Made by a program: the position numbers and the translations under genes. From Candidatus Woesearchaeota archaeon (GTDB lineage Archaea; Nanobdellota; Nanobdellia; Woesearchaeales; GW2011-AR15): a DNA stretch of 64,000 bases. Under the pieces are notes generated by a model. It made no database searches. It was given only the letters and a program-made list of their open reading frames with translations, and was not told where the DNA came from. Below, in pieces: positions 18,946-29,400 of the stretch (the first letter of the stretch is position 1; the number at the start of each line of letters is the position of its first letter). The stretch is from NCBI GenBank assembly GCA_016935095.1, contig JAFGRO010000076.1:15030-79029 (forward strand). The letters are read 5' to 3'.

Positions 18946-19425
18946 ATGATACCCAGAAGAGTTGGTTTTAGACAATGGTTATTAGTAGGGGTACTGGGTG
19001 TGGGACTAATTGTAGGTACTACTAAGCTTTATTATCCTATTAGAAATCAAAAATTAGCTGAATTAGAAGCTCAATGCGCCGCATCTGCTGGTCACTATGA
19101 AGGACGAGTTTATTCAGAAATTAGAGGAGATTCTGGACAAATAAGATTAGGTTTGGAAGGAGTAAGGTATCCTTTAGAGCTTTCTGCAAAAGATCTTGAC
19201 ATCATAGTAGAAGAGGCTAATACTGCTGTTCCAGGTTTTGTACCTTATCTAGAAGGCCATTATGTTTCTATTGACGGAGCCTGTTCAGTTCCAGATACAT
19301 CCGGAGTTTATGTGACTGTTGATAGAATGGTTTTTAATCCAGGTGATACTTTTACAGTGGAATGTAATAGAGTTTTAGGAAACCCGTTAAAAGCATATGA
19401 ATGTACTCAAATTATACAAGAATAA
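18946..19425 (+). CDS. Hypothetical membrane-anchored protein, compositionally atypical (Gly/Val-rich; A/T-ending codon dialect)
   Basis: N-terminal TM helix, no recognised domain. Synonymous codon choice (tta, caa, gga, aga) differs from flanking genes. Confidence 0.35.
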   Translation: MIPRRVGFRQWLLVGVLGVGLIVGTTKLYYPIRNQKLAELEAQCAASAGHYEGRVYSEIRGDSGQIRLGLEGVRYPLELSAKDLDIIVEEANTAVPGFVPYLEGHYVSIDGACSVPDTSGVYVTVDRMVFNPGDTFTVECNRVLGNPLKAYECTQIIQE

Positions 19426-19437
19426 ATCAACATACCT

Positions 19438-20751
19438 CTACATCTCTTTGATGAAATCACTGGGCTCGATTCTTTCACTAAGCTCTCCTCTTAAATTAGT
19501 GAGCAATAATTCCTTTACTTTCTCTTTTGGATAATTTGAAAGGAGCCAAGCCAATTTGATAAATGTTGTTTCAGGGGTCATGTCATTTAAATTGCCTAAA
19601 ACACCTATTTTCTGGGCATTTCTTTGATCTTCATATACATTCATGTTAATTCTGCCGAATATTGTCTGGGGGGCATTTACAACAATAACTCCTTTTTTAA
19701 TTACGCTTTCAATTGCTTTTTTTATATTCTCTGATTCTTGTGTTGAATCATCAATCTTACTTATGGGTAAACATGCAAGGCCTGTTGCTTCAATAACTAG
19801 TCCGTCATAATTTTTATAAAATAAAAACTGCTCAGCATACATATTTGTATGCTGCTTGAGAATTGCAACTTTAATCTTTTCATCAATCAGCTTTAATTTA
19901 AGCTTATTATCCGATTTTTTTGCATATTTCTTTCTAATATACTGGATATCTTTTTTCTGGTAATTGATTCTTGCAAAAGCTTTTGAATTAACTGGTTGGA
20001 ACGCATCTCTACGAGAAGTGTGCAGTTTCCTGCATTTAGTTCCTTGGAGAATATGGCAGTAATTGTCATCCATGTTTTCATGCATGCACACTCCTACTTC
20101 TGCAAAATCTGAAGTAGCAATAAAATACGCTGCATTTATTAAATTAAGGTAAGCATCACTGCTCCCTCGGTCAGAGCTTCTTTGAGAGCCGACAATCAAT
20201 ACCGGCTTTGATAGATCTTCCAGAATAAAAGAGAGGGCAGCGCTTGTGTAATGGAGAGTGTCTGTTCCCTGGCTGACAATGACTCCTTCGGAGCCGTTTT
20301 CAATCTCTTTTTTTATTTCTTTGGCAATAAGGTTATAATGGGAAAACCGCATATCCTGGGACCACATGTTTTTCATTAACCTGCTTCTGATATTTACGAT
20401 ATCTTTTAATTCAGGAAACATTCCTAATAATTCTTCAGGTGTAAATCTTGATACAACTCCCCCTGTATGATAATCTACTTTGCTTGCAATAGTTCCTCCG
20501 GTATGCAGGATTGAAATTGTAGGGAGGTTTTTGTTAACAGGAATATTTTTCTTTTTTTGATTCTGGGGCTTGTGTTTGTTTATGATTTCAATTTTTGTGA
20601 TTTTTTTTTTAGAAACACCAATATTGTATCCGTTATTCAGTTTAATTATTATAGAATCATTTTCATTTAAATCCGGAGCAGGAATAAGAATTCCTTCAGT
20701 GGTTTCTTTTTTTGTAATAACCCTTACGGAATCCCCTGGTTTTGCATTCAT
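19438..20751 (-). CDS. gatD: Glutamyl-tRNA(Gln) amidotransferase subunit D (archaeal GatD, asparaginase-like)
   Basis: Asparaginase fold motif LHTGGTIAS. 437 aa with the N-terminal extra domain typical of GatD. Confidence 0.8.
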   Translation of the reverse strand: MNAKPGDSVRVITKKETTEGILIPAPDLNENDSIIIKLNNGYNIGVSKKKITKIEIINKHKPQNQKKKNIPVNKNLPTISILHTGGTIASKVDYHTGGVVSRFTPEELLGMFPELKDIVNIRSRLMKNMWSQDMRFSHYNLIAKEIKKEIENGSEGVIVSQGTDTLHYTSAALSFILEDLSKPVLIVGSQRSSDRGSSDAYLNLINAAYFIATSDFAEVGVCMHENMDDNYCHILQGTKCRKLHTSRRDAFQPVNSKAFARINYQKKDIQYIRKKYAKKSDNKLKLKLIDEKIKVAILKQHTNMYAEQFLFYKNYDGLVIEATGLACLPISKIDDSTQESENIKKAIESVIKKGVIVVNAPQTIFGRINMNVYEDQRNAQKIGVLGNLNDMTPETTFIKLAWLLSNYPKEKVKELLLTNLRGELSERIEPSDFIKEM

Positions 20752-20804
20752 AGTAAATGAAAAAAAGAATTAATTTAATAAATTTAACTCAACCTCTGCT
20801 TAAT

Positions 20805-23081
20805 TCAACCGAAGTATCTTGGCTTGGAATCCTGCATCTCTTTGCCGCGGGCAGCTGTAAAATGGTCTAAAAGCTCAACATATGCTTTTTCAACTTCTTT
20901 ATTTACAGAAGGGCTCACCTTTTTTAATGAATCTTCAAAGTGGGATTTGGTTATTTTATCTGCTTTTAAATCCTCTCTCAATGCAAGTATTGCAGCTTCC
21001 CTGCAGACAGCTTCAATATCTGCTCCGACATAACCTTCTGTTTTTTCTGCCAGTTCCTCAATATTAATATTTTTTGCAAGCGGCATTTCTTTAGTATGAA
21101 TATCAAATATTTCTTTTCTCCCTTTTTTTTCAGGGACAGGGACAAGGATTATCCTGTCAAACCTTCCTGGTCTTAATAATGCAGTATCAAGCATATCCGG
21201 CCTGTTGGTTGCACCGATTATTACAATATCATGCAGATCCTGCAGCCCGTCCATTTCAGTCAATATCTGGTTAACTACCTTATCAGAAACATGGTTGTCT
21301 CCGGAAATTCCTCTTCTTGGCACTAATGAATCAATTTCATCAAAAAATATTATTGAAGGGGAGGCCTGCCTTGCTTTTTCAAATATTTTGCGTACGGCTT
21401 TTTCAGATTCGCCGACCCATTTGCTTAATAATTCAGGTCCTTTTACTAAAATAAAATTAGCCTGGGATTCATTTGCAACAGCTTTTGCCAGCAATGTTTT
21501 TCCTGTTCCGGGCGCGCCGTATAAAAGGATTCCTTTAGGAGGGTTCACTCCCATTCTTTTAAAACAATCCGGATATTTTATAGGCCATTCAACAGCCTCA
21601 ATCAATTCCTGTTTAATCTTCTCCAGGCCGCCGATATTTTCCCATTTTACATTGGGCATTTCTATAAGAACCTCTCTCATTGCACTAGGCCTTACAACTT
21701 TAAGTGCCTCAATAAAGTCTTTTTGGGTAATCCTTAATTTTTCCAGGCTTTCACTGGGTATTGGCTCATCTTCTTTTAGCTTTATATCAGGCAGGACCCT
21801 TCTTAGGACAATCATGGCGGCTTCTTTTGATAAAGAAGATAAATCTGCTCCGACAAAACCATGTGTAATTTCTGCTAGTTTTTTTAAATTAACATTTTTT
21901 GAAAGAGGCATGTTTCTTGTATGAATTTTTAAAATCTTTAATCTGCCTTCTTTAGCCGGAACGCCAATTTCTATTTCACGGTCAAATCTTCCTGGTCGCC
22001 TTAATGCCGGATCAAGTGCATTAGGGATATTTGTGGCGCCAATGACTACAACTTTGCCCCTGCTTTTAAGCCCGTCCAGTATTGCAAGTAGTTGTGCAAC
22101 AACCCTGCGTTCAACTTCACCATGAACTTCTTCTCTTTTTGAGGCAATTGCATCAATCTCATCTATAAAAATAATTGAAGGAGAGTTTTTTTCTGCTTCT
22201 TCAAATTTTTTCCTGAGATTCTCTTCAGATTGCCCGTAATACTTGCTCATTATTTCAGGGCCGTTTATTAAGACAAAGTTTGAGTCAGATTCATTTGCAA
22301 CAGCTTTTGCCAATAATGTTTTACCGCATCCCGGAGGGCCGTGTAATAAAACACCTTTTGGCGGCTCTATACCCAGTGTTTCAAATAATTCAGGATGCTT
22401 TAACGGCAATTCAACCATTTCTCTTATTTTCTTTACTTCTTCATCAAGACCCCCAATATCCTCATATGTAACTTCCAGGACGCGCTCTTCAGTTACTTCA
22501 GTAGCTTCAGGATTAAATTGAACTTTGGTCTGTTCAGTGATAATAACCGCCTGTTTAGGCTCTACACTTAAAACAATGAACTTCAGATCACCCAGACCAA
22601 AACCCATCAGGCTTTCATCTATCATGCTGAAAACTTCCTCAAATAACGGGTTATGCGACATAGTAGAGCGTCTGCTCCTTGTGCCTCCGAGAGAGACAAT
22701 ATCCCCTTTGATAACAGCTCTTCCAAGCAATCCCTGTTTGAAAATTATAGGGTTTGCTCTAATAACAATACCTTTTTTCTGTGGAGCAATTACAACTTTT
22801 TTAGCTTCTTTAATATCCGCTTTCCTTATAGTAACAAGCTCGCCAATACCTGATTTAGCATTCCTTCTGATAAGGCCATCCATTCTTATTATATTTAGTC
22901 CAATATCACCGGGATAAGCCCTGTCTGCGATACCGACAGTTGTTCTCTCCCCCTGGATTTCAATAATATCTCCGGGTCTTATGCCCAGCTGGTGCATAAA
23001 ACTGGAGTCAATTCTGATAATTCCTTTATTAACATCATCCTGAATTGCTTCTGCAACCTTTAATTTTAAATCCTTAACCAT
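20805..23081 (-). CDS. cdc48: Cdc48/VCP-like AAA+ ATPase (two AAA domains)
   Basis: Two Walker A motifs (GPPGCGKT / GAPGTGKT) with second-region-of-homology motifs, after the N-domain. 758 aa. Confidence 0.9.
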   Translation of the reverse strand: MVKDLKLKVAEAIQDDVNKGIIRIDSSFMHQLGIRPGDIIEIQGERTTVGIADRAYPGDIGLNIIRMDGLIRRNAKSGIGELVTIRKADIKEAKKVVIAPQKKGIVIRANPIIFKQGLLGRAVIKGDIVSLGGTRSRRSTMSHNPLFEEVFSMIDESLMGFGLGDLKFIVLSVEPKQAVIITEQTKVQFNPEATEVTEERVLEVTYEDIGGLDEEVKKIREMVELPLKHPELFETLGIEPPKGVLLHGPPGCGKTLLAKAVANESDSNFVLINGPEIMSKYYGQSEENLRKKFEEAEKNSPSIIFIDEIDAIASKREEVHGEVERRVVAQLLAILDGLKSRGKVVVIGATNIPNALDPALRRPGRFDREIEIGVPAKEGRLKILKIHTRNMPLSKNVNLKKLAEITHGFVGADLSSLSKEAAMIVLRRVLPDIKLKEDEPIPSESLEKLRITQKDFIEALKVVRPSAMREVLIEMPNVKWENIGGLEKIKQELIEAVEWPIKYPDCFKRMGVNPPKGILLYGAPGTGKTLLAKAVANESQANFILVKGPELLSKWVGESEKAVRKIFEKARQASPSIIFFDEIDSLVPRRGISGDNHVSDKVVNQILTEMDGLQDLHDIVIIGATNRPDMLDTALLRPGRFDRIILVPVPEKKGRKEIFDIHTKEMPLAKNINIEELAEKTEGYVGADIEAVCREAAILALREDLKADKITKSHFEDSLKKVSPSVNKEVEKAYVELLDHFTAARGKEMQDSKPRYFG

Positions 23082-23166
23082 GATAATTCCCTCCTTAGAC
23101 TAATACATTTTATATAGATAAATAAAGGTTTTGGTTAGAAACAAAAATAAATTAAAAATAAATATT

Positions 23167-23586
23167 TTAGTTTTCAGCTTTTAGTTTAGGCAAAGGAATT
23201 GGCGGAGGCAGCTGAATTTCTCTGCTTAATATAATTGCCTCAATGTTGCATTTGCTTAAAATAGAGTTATATATTGGACCTAATATGTCTTTTGGAACTT
23301 TTTTGTCTTTTTTCCATGAAGCCATTATATCTTTGATTTTTTCATCCTTATCCATATATACTACTTTGCCCTGAAGTTCAATCTGACCCATATCAGGATT
23401 GTATCTTGATGTGAAAATAAAATTAAATTCTAATCCTGTCTTTTTTGTACTTCCCAGATTAAGTTTTGCTTCCTTGACCTCTTTTATGGAAACATTGTTT
23501 GTAATATCTATCTTGCCAACGCTTGCTTTGTTTTTTTCAACAACTATTTTTGTGAAATTGAACCCTACAATTGCCATGATAATCAC
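23167..23586 (-). CDS. Hypothetical protein
   Basis: 139-aa ORF with good coding composition. No family recognised. Confidence 0.3.
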   Translation of the reverse strand: MIIMAIVGFNFTKIVVEKNKASVGKIDITNNVSIKEVKEAKLNLGSTKKTGLEFNFIFTSRYNPDMGQIELQGKVVYMDKDEKIKDIMASWKKDKKVPKDILGPIYNSILSKCNIEAIILSREIQLPPPIPLPKLKAEN

Positions 23587-23679
23587 CTAACAGGTTGATT
23601 TTTTTTTTTATATATAAAGCTTTCTGAAAAATCCTTTTTTCTATTAAATTTATAAACTCACAGTGATATCTTAAATCAT

Positions 23680-24378
23680 ATGCCTAAAATTTCAAAAGAA
23701 GGATGGAAAATTTATAAAAATGTGTTTGATGAGTTTACAATAAAAACAATCTTCAAGCTAATTACCCAGGGTTATTTCGAGGGATTAACCTCGCCTTGTA
23801 AAATAGGAAAAGAATCCAATGTCTTTCTTGCAAAAAAGAATAATGAGCAGTTAATAGTTAAAATTTATAGATTAGAATCCTGTAATTTTAACAAGATGTA
23901 TGATTATATTAAATCTGATCCAAGATATTCAAAACTAAAGAAACAACGCAGAAAAGTGATATTCTCCTGGGTACAAAGAGAATACAGGAACCTATTAAAA
24001 GCAAGGGAAGCCATTAATGTTCCGACACCATATACATTTATTAACAATGTTTTAGTGATGGAAATGATTGGTGATGATGAGCCTGCGCTGCAGTTAAAAG
24101 ATTTAATTCCTGAAAATTTAGAATCTTTTTTTAACAAAACACTTGATGCAGTGAAAAAATTATATAAAACAGGTATAGTTCACGCAGATTTATCTGAGTT
24201 TAATATACTAAATTATAATGAAAAGCCTTATTTTATTGATTTCTCGCAGGGGACTTCTGTCAAGGACCAGAGAGCAGAAGAATTAATGGAAAGGGATATA
24301 TGGAATTTATGCAGGTTTTTCAGGAGATACGGGTTGGAACTTAATACAGAAGAGATTTTGAAAAAAATAAAATCTTGA
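23680..24378 (+). CDS. rio1: RIO-type atypical serine protein kinase
   Basis: RIO domain features (…IGKESNVF…, VHADLSEFNIL, FIDFSQ). Confidence 0.75.
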   Translation: MPKISKEGWKIYKNVFDEFTIKTIFKLITQGYFEGLTSPCKIGKESNVFLAKKNNEQLIVKIYRLESCNFNKMYDYIKSDPRYSKLKKQRRKVIFSWVQREYRNLLKAREAINVPTPYTFINNVLVMEMIGDDEPALQLKDLIPENLESFFNKTLDAVKKLYKTGIVHADLSEFNILNYNEKPYFIDFSQGTSVKDQRAEELMERDIWNLCRFFRRYGLELNTEEILKKIKS

Positions 24379-24415
24379 AGAAACTTTAAAAATAAATCCT
24401 TTTTCCTTAGAAATT

Positions 24416-24976
24416 ATGACTGAATTTGCATATGAAATTAAGATCCCCAAAGACAGGATAGCTGTTTTAATAGGAAAAAAAGGAGAAATTAAGAGATCTA
24501 TTGAGGAACAAACCAACACAAAGATTAAAATAGACTCCAAGGAAGGCGATGTTATGGTAAAGGGAGAGGATGCCTTGTCTTTGTATTCCACTAGGGATAT
24601 AATAATGGCTATTGGCCGCGGGTTTAATCCAGATATTGCACAGCTTCTGTTTAAACAAGATTATTGCTTTGAGATGATAACTATCCAGGATTTTGTTAAA
24701 GAAAACCATGTTCAGAGGATCAAGGGCAGGATAATTGGCACTCATGGCAAAACCAGGGAATTGATTGAGCAGCTGACAGATACTTTTATTTCAGTTTACG
24801 GCAAAACAGTATGTATTCTTGGAAGAGTAGAGGATGTCTCTATTGCAAAAAGAGCAGTTGAATCTTTAATCCAGGGAAGCCCCCATTCTAATGTTTATAA
24901 CTGGCTGGAAAAGATGCGCCGGGAGATGAAAAGGCGCGAATTTGAAAAACAGGATAAGGAATTTCTTAAACAATGA
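24416..24976 (+). CDS. KH-domain RNA-binding protein (Dim2/Pno1-like)
   Basis: Two KH motifs (IGKKGEIKRSIEE…; IIGTHGKTRELIEQ). Conserved archaeal linkage downstream of the RIO kinase. Confidence 0.7.
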   Translation: MTEFAYEIKIPKDRIAVLIGKKGEIKRSIEEQTNTKIKIDSKEGDVMVKGEDALSLYSTRDIIMAIGRGFNPDIAQLLFKQDYCFEMITIQDFVKENHVQRIKGRIIGTHGKTRELIEQLTDTFISVYGKTVCILGRVEDVSIAKRAVESLIQGSPHSNVYNWLEKMRREMKRREFEKQDKEFLKQ

Positions 24977-25085
24977 AATTCTACTGACCAAGACGATTGT
25001 AATGAGTCTGACGCTTTTTTACTATGATGTGTGGAATGAATTGTGCTCAAAAACCAATTCATGATAAAATAAACAGAAAAACATG

Positions 25086-25110
25086 CCACCCCTTTGAGAG
25101 GGTGGTTTTT
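25086..25110 (+). terminator. GC-rich hairpin followed by T5 (candidate terminator or structured element downstream of the KH gene)
   Basis: CCACCC-CTTTGAGA-GGGTGG then TTTTT. Stands out against the AT-rich background. Confidence 0.35.
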
Positions 25111-25208
25111 GACAAAAGAGTAATAACTTTATAAATAGGTTGTTTTTCCCAGATAATATGCTTAGCACTGTCCGAATAAAAGGTGCATAAATTTCTTTAT
25201 TAGCTAGA

Positions 25209-26180
25209 TTGACCTCTTTTTGTCATATATACGGTGGTTCTATGAAAAAAGTCTCTGATTTAAGATGGAAAAAAGGAATTTCTGTTAATGAATTAGTTGA
25301 AAAAATGGGTAAAATAGGCTTTCAGAGTGCAGAGATGCAGAGAGCGGTTGAAGTTATTCTGAAGATGAGAAAAGAGAATGCGAAAATCTTTTTTACATAT
25401 ACTTCCAATATGGTGACTTCCGGGTTAAGGGGCTTTTTTGCCCAGTTAATCGAGCTTGGTCTGGTAGATATAATTGTAACAACAATTGGTGGCATTGAAG
25501 AAGATATTATGAAATCAAAAGGGGAGGAATTCATTATCGGGAAATTTAAGCCGGATGATATTGAGCTTCATGAAAAGGGCATTAACAGGGTAGGGAATTT
25601 GTTTATAAGAAATGAATCTTACCTTAAATTTGAGGATGAAATAGGCAAGATTCTTCTGAACTTATATAATAAAAAGCCAAGATGGACACCTTCTGAGTTG
25701 ATTCATGAAATAGGATGTAAGATTGAAGATAAGAATTCAATTCTATACCAGGCATCAAAAAAAAATGTGCCGATATTTTGCCCTGGCATAACAGACGGTG
25801 CTTTTGGCTTTCATCTCTTTATGCTGCAGCAGAAATATCCTGATTTTGTTATAGATGTAGTAAAAGATTTTTCTAACATTCTTTTTAGCACAAGCCATGA
25901 TGATAAAAAAGGATTACTCTCTTTAGGAGGAAGCATTTCAAAGCATCATGCAATTTTGGCTTGCCTGCTTAACGGCGGCCTGGATTATGCAGTTTACCTG
26001 ACAACAGCACATTCTTCATCAGGAAGCATGTCCGGTGCTACAACAGAAGAGGCAAAAAGCTGGGGAAAAGTAAAAGATGATTCTGATGTAGCAACTGTTA
26101 TAGGTGATGTTACTTTCACATTTCCCTTGATAATGATAAAAGTATTGGAAACTCTTTCAGATGAAGGATTATTAGAATGA
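25209..26180 (+). CDS. dys: Deoxyhypusine synthase
   Basis: DHS-family Rossmann motifs (GIEEDI...IFCPGITDGAFG...). 4-nt ATGA overlap with the downstream decarboxylase gene. The true start may be the internal MKKVSD. Confidence 0.75.
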   Translation: MTSFCHIYGGSMKKVSDLRWKKGISVNELVEKMGKIGFQSAEMQRAVEVILKMRKENAKIFFTYTSNMVTSGLRGFFAQLIELGLVDIIVTTIGGIEEDIMKSKGEEFIIGKFKPDDIELHEKGINRVGNLFIRNESYLKFEDEIGKILLNLYNKKPRWTPSELIHEIGCKIEDKNSILYQASKKNVPIFCPGITDGAFGFHLFMLQQKYPDFVIDVVKDFSNILFSTSHDDKKGLLSLGGSISKHHAILACLLNGGLDYAVYLTTAHSSSGSMSGATTEEAKSWGKVKDDSDVATVIGDVTFTFPLIMIKVLETLSDEGLLE

Positions 26181-27202
26181 AAACAACAGCCAAATTTATT
26201 TTATCAAGATCAAGGGCAATACAACAATATAATAAAATAAAAAACTATTCGGATATTATATCATACAGCTATAAAACAAACCAAGAAATAGGAAAAATCC
26301 TCTGCAATAAAACAGATTGCTTTTTCAGTGTTCACAGCATTGAGAGCATTGCTCAATTAAACTCATCTAAAAGAGTTATTTTTTTTGTCCAGTCCAGTAA
26401 TAATAAGGATTACAATGATTTATTTAGCAGAGGCATTGATAAATTTGTTGTAGATAATATAAATGATCTTAATTCTTTGCTAGCGTATATTAATGAAAAA
26501 AACAAGAAAATTACATTATTCCTCAGACTGCGGTTAAAAGAGCACACAGTCCATACAGGGAAGCATTTTGTTTATGGCATGTATTCTTCTCAGATTAATG
26601 AAGTGATTCCTGCTCTTAAAAAAAATCCCAATATACTGAAACTAGGAATACATTTTCACAGGAAAACACAGAATGTAAGCGAATGGTCACTGAAAGATGA
26701 GCTTAAAGACTCAATTGATCATTGGGGTAAATTAGATTATTTGAACATTGGAGGAGGACTTCCTGTTGAATATAAGAATTTCAGGTCTTCTGTGCTTGAT
26801 AATATATTAAAAAAAATTTCAGAACTGAAAACATGGCTCAATAAGCAGAATATTAAGATGATAATTGAACCAGGCAGGTTTGTTGCAGCTTATCCTATCG
26901 GACTTGAGACAACAATAATTAATATTTACAATAATAATATTGTTGTTAATTGCTCTATATTCAATGCTGCAATTGACACCTGGATTGCAAATATACGGCT
27001 TTTAGTTGAAGGTGAGCTTGAATCAGGCAAAGCATATACAATTAAAGGCTGCTCACCTGATTCAGCTGATATTTTCAGATATAAGGTTTATCTGGAAGAG
27101 CCGAAGATTGGAGACAAGATTGTTTTTTTAAATGCAGGAGCATATAATTTTTGCTGTGATTTCTGCAATCTGCCCAAATTAAAAACAGAGATTGTTGATT
27201 AA
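26177..27202 (+). CDS. PLP-dependent group IV decarboxylase (ornithine/arginine/DAP/carboxy(nor)spermidine decarboxylase family, short form)
   Basis: YSYKTN (the family's YAVKAN PLP-lysine motif), NIGGGLPVEY, EPGRF, GCSPDSAD motifs. Confidence 0.6.
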   Translation: MKTTAKFILSRSRAIQQYNKIKNYSDIISYSYKTNQEIGKILCNKTDCFFSVHSIESIAQLNSSKRVIFFVQSSNNKDYNDLFSRGIDKFVVDNINDLNSLLAYINEKNKKITLFLRLRLKEHTVHTGKHFVYGMYSSQINEVIPALKKNPNILKLGIHFHRKTQNVSEWSLKDELKDSIDHWGKLDYLNIGGGLPVEYKNFRSSVLDNILKKISELKTWLNKQNIKMIIEPGRFVAAYPIGLETTIINIYNNNIVVNCSIFNAAIDTWIANIRLLVEGELESGKAYTIKGCSPDSADIFRYKVYLEEPKIGDKIVFLNAGAYNFCCDFCNLPKLKTEIVD

Positions 27203-27204
27203 GA

Positions 27205-28062
27205 TTATATCCCAATCAGAACCAGACTCAGGATTATCAAACCAATCCCTATCTTCTGGTTTACTAATAATTTCTCTTTTAGAATAACTAACCCAAGCGA
27301 GATTGTAATTACAGGCGAAAGCGATGAAATTAAAGAGACAATTGAGACATATGAAACTGAAAAACCAAGATTCATTGCAAACCATGCAACGAGATTGATT
27401 AACGCAATCATAAATAATCTTGTAATGTATTTTTTTGAAATATATTTTTTATTACCTTTTTTTAACAGATATATTAATGTTACAAATATCCCTATAAATA
27501 AATTTGTTAATACAAATGTAAGTAACCATCCGAGCCTGTTTTTTATAAAACCTGTAAAAAATAAGAATCCTCCCCAGCCAATCATGCTTGCAAATGCATT
27601 TAATACACCCTTGGTTGAGTGAATCTTATGTAAATTTTTAATATCAGCTGAAGTCAGTATTATGCCCAGTAAAGCTAAAAAAACAGCAACTAATTGGTAG
27701 GAATTTAAAATTTCATTAAGAAAAAAAACACTTAATACTACCGTGACTATTGAGTAAACAGACATGATGGGTGTTACAATTGCAATTTCCCCTTTTGTTA
27801 ATGATTTTGAAAAATTAAACCATGCAAAAACATCAAAGATTGCAGCTATAGTTAAAATAACGAGATCAGAGACGGTGATATTGAAAGTGTATTTTGAAAA
27901 ATAGTATATGATAAAGGGGATATTTAATATCAGAGTTATAACCTGAATTTGAAATAAGGTTGAATATGTGCCGATTTTTTCAGAAGGCTTTTTTAATAGA
28001 TAATCAGAGATTCCATAGCCAAGCATTGCTGCAAGTCCGCATAATATTCCTGTTAGGATCAT
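27205..28062 (-). CDS. EamA/DMT superfamily transporter (10 TM)
   Basis: Two EamA-like 5-TM halves. 285 aa. Confidence 0.6.
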   Translation of the reverse strand: MILTGILCGLAAMLGYGISDYLLKKPSEKIGTYSTLFQIQVITLILNIPFIIYYFSKYTFNITVSDLVILTIAAIFDVFAWFNFSKSLTKGEIAIVTPIMSVYSIVTVVLSVFFLNEILNSYQLVAVFLALLGIILTSADIKNLHKIHSTKGVLNAFASMIGWGGFLFFTGFIKNRLGWLLTFVLTNLFIGIFVTLIYLLKKGNKKYISKKYITRLFMIALINLVAWFAMNLGFSVSYVSIVSLISSLSPVITISLGLVILKEKLLVNQKIGIGLIILSLVLIGI

Positions 28063-29358
28063 TTATTCACTGCTCCAGCTTTCTTTTTTTATCTCATTGA
28101 AATTTACTCTTATTAATCCTTCTCCTTCTTTTGCTTCTAAATCCCAATAGCCCTGCCATGAAACAAAATCAACAGGAATCAAATTATGATTTAGAATTAA
28201 TATTCCATTTTTATTTTTTAGTGTTAATTTCGGCTTAATTATAGTTTTTTCGTCTGGATTGAGAGAACCATCCAGCCTTGAATTTGTCTTATTATCTGAA
28301 ACAGAGTAATAATTTAAATTAATAACTGAATCTCCAAGATTATACAACTCAAAATACTCATTATCCTTGTCAGAGCCTTCTGGGTTGTAATTAATCTTAG
28401 AAATCACTAACTCTTCTGTGTTTTTTGGAATAGATTCATAATCAATATCCCACAGATAATTGAATTCTTCAATATATTTTTCTGCAATATCTTTTTCATG
28501 GATTATAAGAATATTTTCATCATTTCTTTCATTGGCGTTTTTTGTAGGGTTATAACTGCCGGTAATGACTGTTTTATTGTCAATTATGAAAACCTTGTGG
28601 TGCATCGTGTAAGTGTTTTTATCTATTATTGAAACCTCTTTTAGGTCTTCATACCTTGAATAGTCACTGATTTGCTTTTTCTCAAAAACACCTTTAATAT
28701 CCAATCCAAGATAATTCTTATTATAAAGTAAGTTTCCAATATTTTCATCTGTAAAGCTGTAAGTCATAAAATAAATTGATTTTTCAGCAAGCTTTAATGC
28801 ATTGATTACCTGCAGTTTGCAGTTGTCTTCAGGGCAGAAATAATTTTCAACTTTAGTATTTCCTAAAAAAATTTCAGAATGTTTTACTTTATCACCTTTG
28901 CCGTAAATATTTTTTTTCAATTCATCAAACTCGTCTAAATAGTTTTCTGCAAGATACTCTGACTTAATTATCACAATATTATTATTGTTGTAATAATTGC
29001 CTCTCTCAGTTGGATTCATGCTTCCTGTAAAAACAATCTCATTGTCAAATATACAGAACTTGTTGTGCATCAATGCAGCTGAATATCCTGTATGGAAATC
29101 ATCAAGAGCATTTGAATCCTCAATAACAACATCAGCATTCTTTTCTTTTAACAGAGCAATCAGTTCAGGAATATCAAGATCATAAAATGCACATTTAACT
29201 TCAGCGGAGAAATTAATTAATTGCATGAGTTTTTCAAGGCATTGTTCTCTTGGGCAGAAATATACTTGGATTTCTGAAGACTCTTCATTAATTGTTTCAG
29301 AAGTAATACTACATGAAGAAAGAATAATTAATAAAACAAAAAATATTCTTAGTTTCAT
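28063..29358 (-). CDS. Secreted phospholipase-D-family nuclease (two HKD motifs) with C-terminal lamin-tail domain
   Basis: Signal peptide/lipobox (LSSCS). HKD motifs HNKFCIFDNEIVFTGSMN and HHKVFIIDNKTVITGSYN. C-terminal NPEGSDKDNEYFELYN lamin-tail-domain signature. Confidence 0.7.
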   Translation of the reverse strand: MKLRIFFVLLIILSSCSITSETINEESSEIQVYFCPREQCLEKLMQLINFSAEVKCAFYDLDIPELIALLKEKNADVVIEDSNALDDFHTGYSAALMHNKFCIFDNEIVFTGSMNPTERGNYYNNNNIVIIKSEYLAENYLDEFDELKKNIYGKGDKVKHSEIFLGNTKVENYFCPEDNCKLQVINALKLAEKSIYFMTYSFTDENIGNLLYNKNYLGLDIKGVFEKKQISDYSRYEDLKEVSIIDKNTYTMHHKVFIIDNKTVITGSYNPTKNANERNDENILIIHEKDIAEKYIEEFNYLWDIDYESIPKNTEELVISKINYNPEGSDKDNEYFELYNLGDSVINLNYYSVSDNKTNSRLDGSLNPDEKTIIKPKLTLKNKNGILILNHNLIPVDFVSWQGYWDLEAKEGEGLIRVNFNEIKKESWSSE

Positions 29359-29400
29359 TCATATGATTAATTAAGCTAATTTATAAATAATTTATGGAAA

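Noticed and set aside
21205-22917. Plus-strand ORFs (21205-21924, 22243-22521, 22525-22917 and other shorter ones) inside the cdc48 locus
   Set aside because: They are antisense shadow ORFs within a strongly supported 758-aa AAA+ gene. They have low-complexity Ser/Ile-rich translations and no independent signals.
25000-25085. Possible C/D-box sRNA between the KH gene and dys (CUGA boxes at about 25006 and 25030; AUGAUGU at about 25050)
   Set aside because: The boxes are not in canonical C-D'-C'-D order or spacing, and no kink-turn-compatible GA pairs were found. Only the downstream GC hairpin was kept, as a terminator-like feature.
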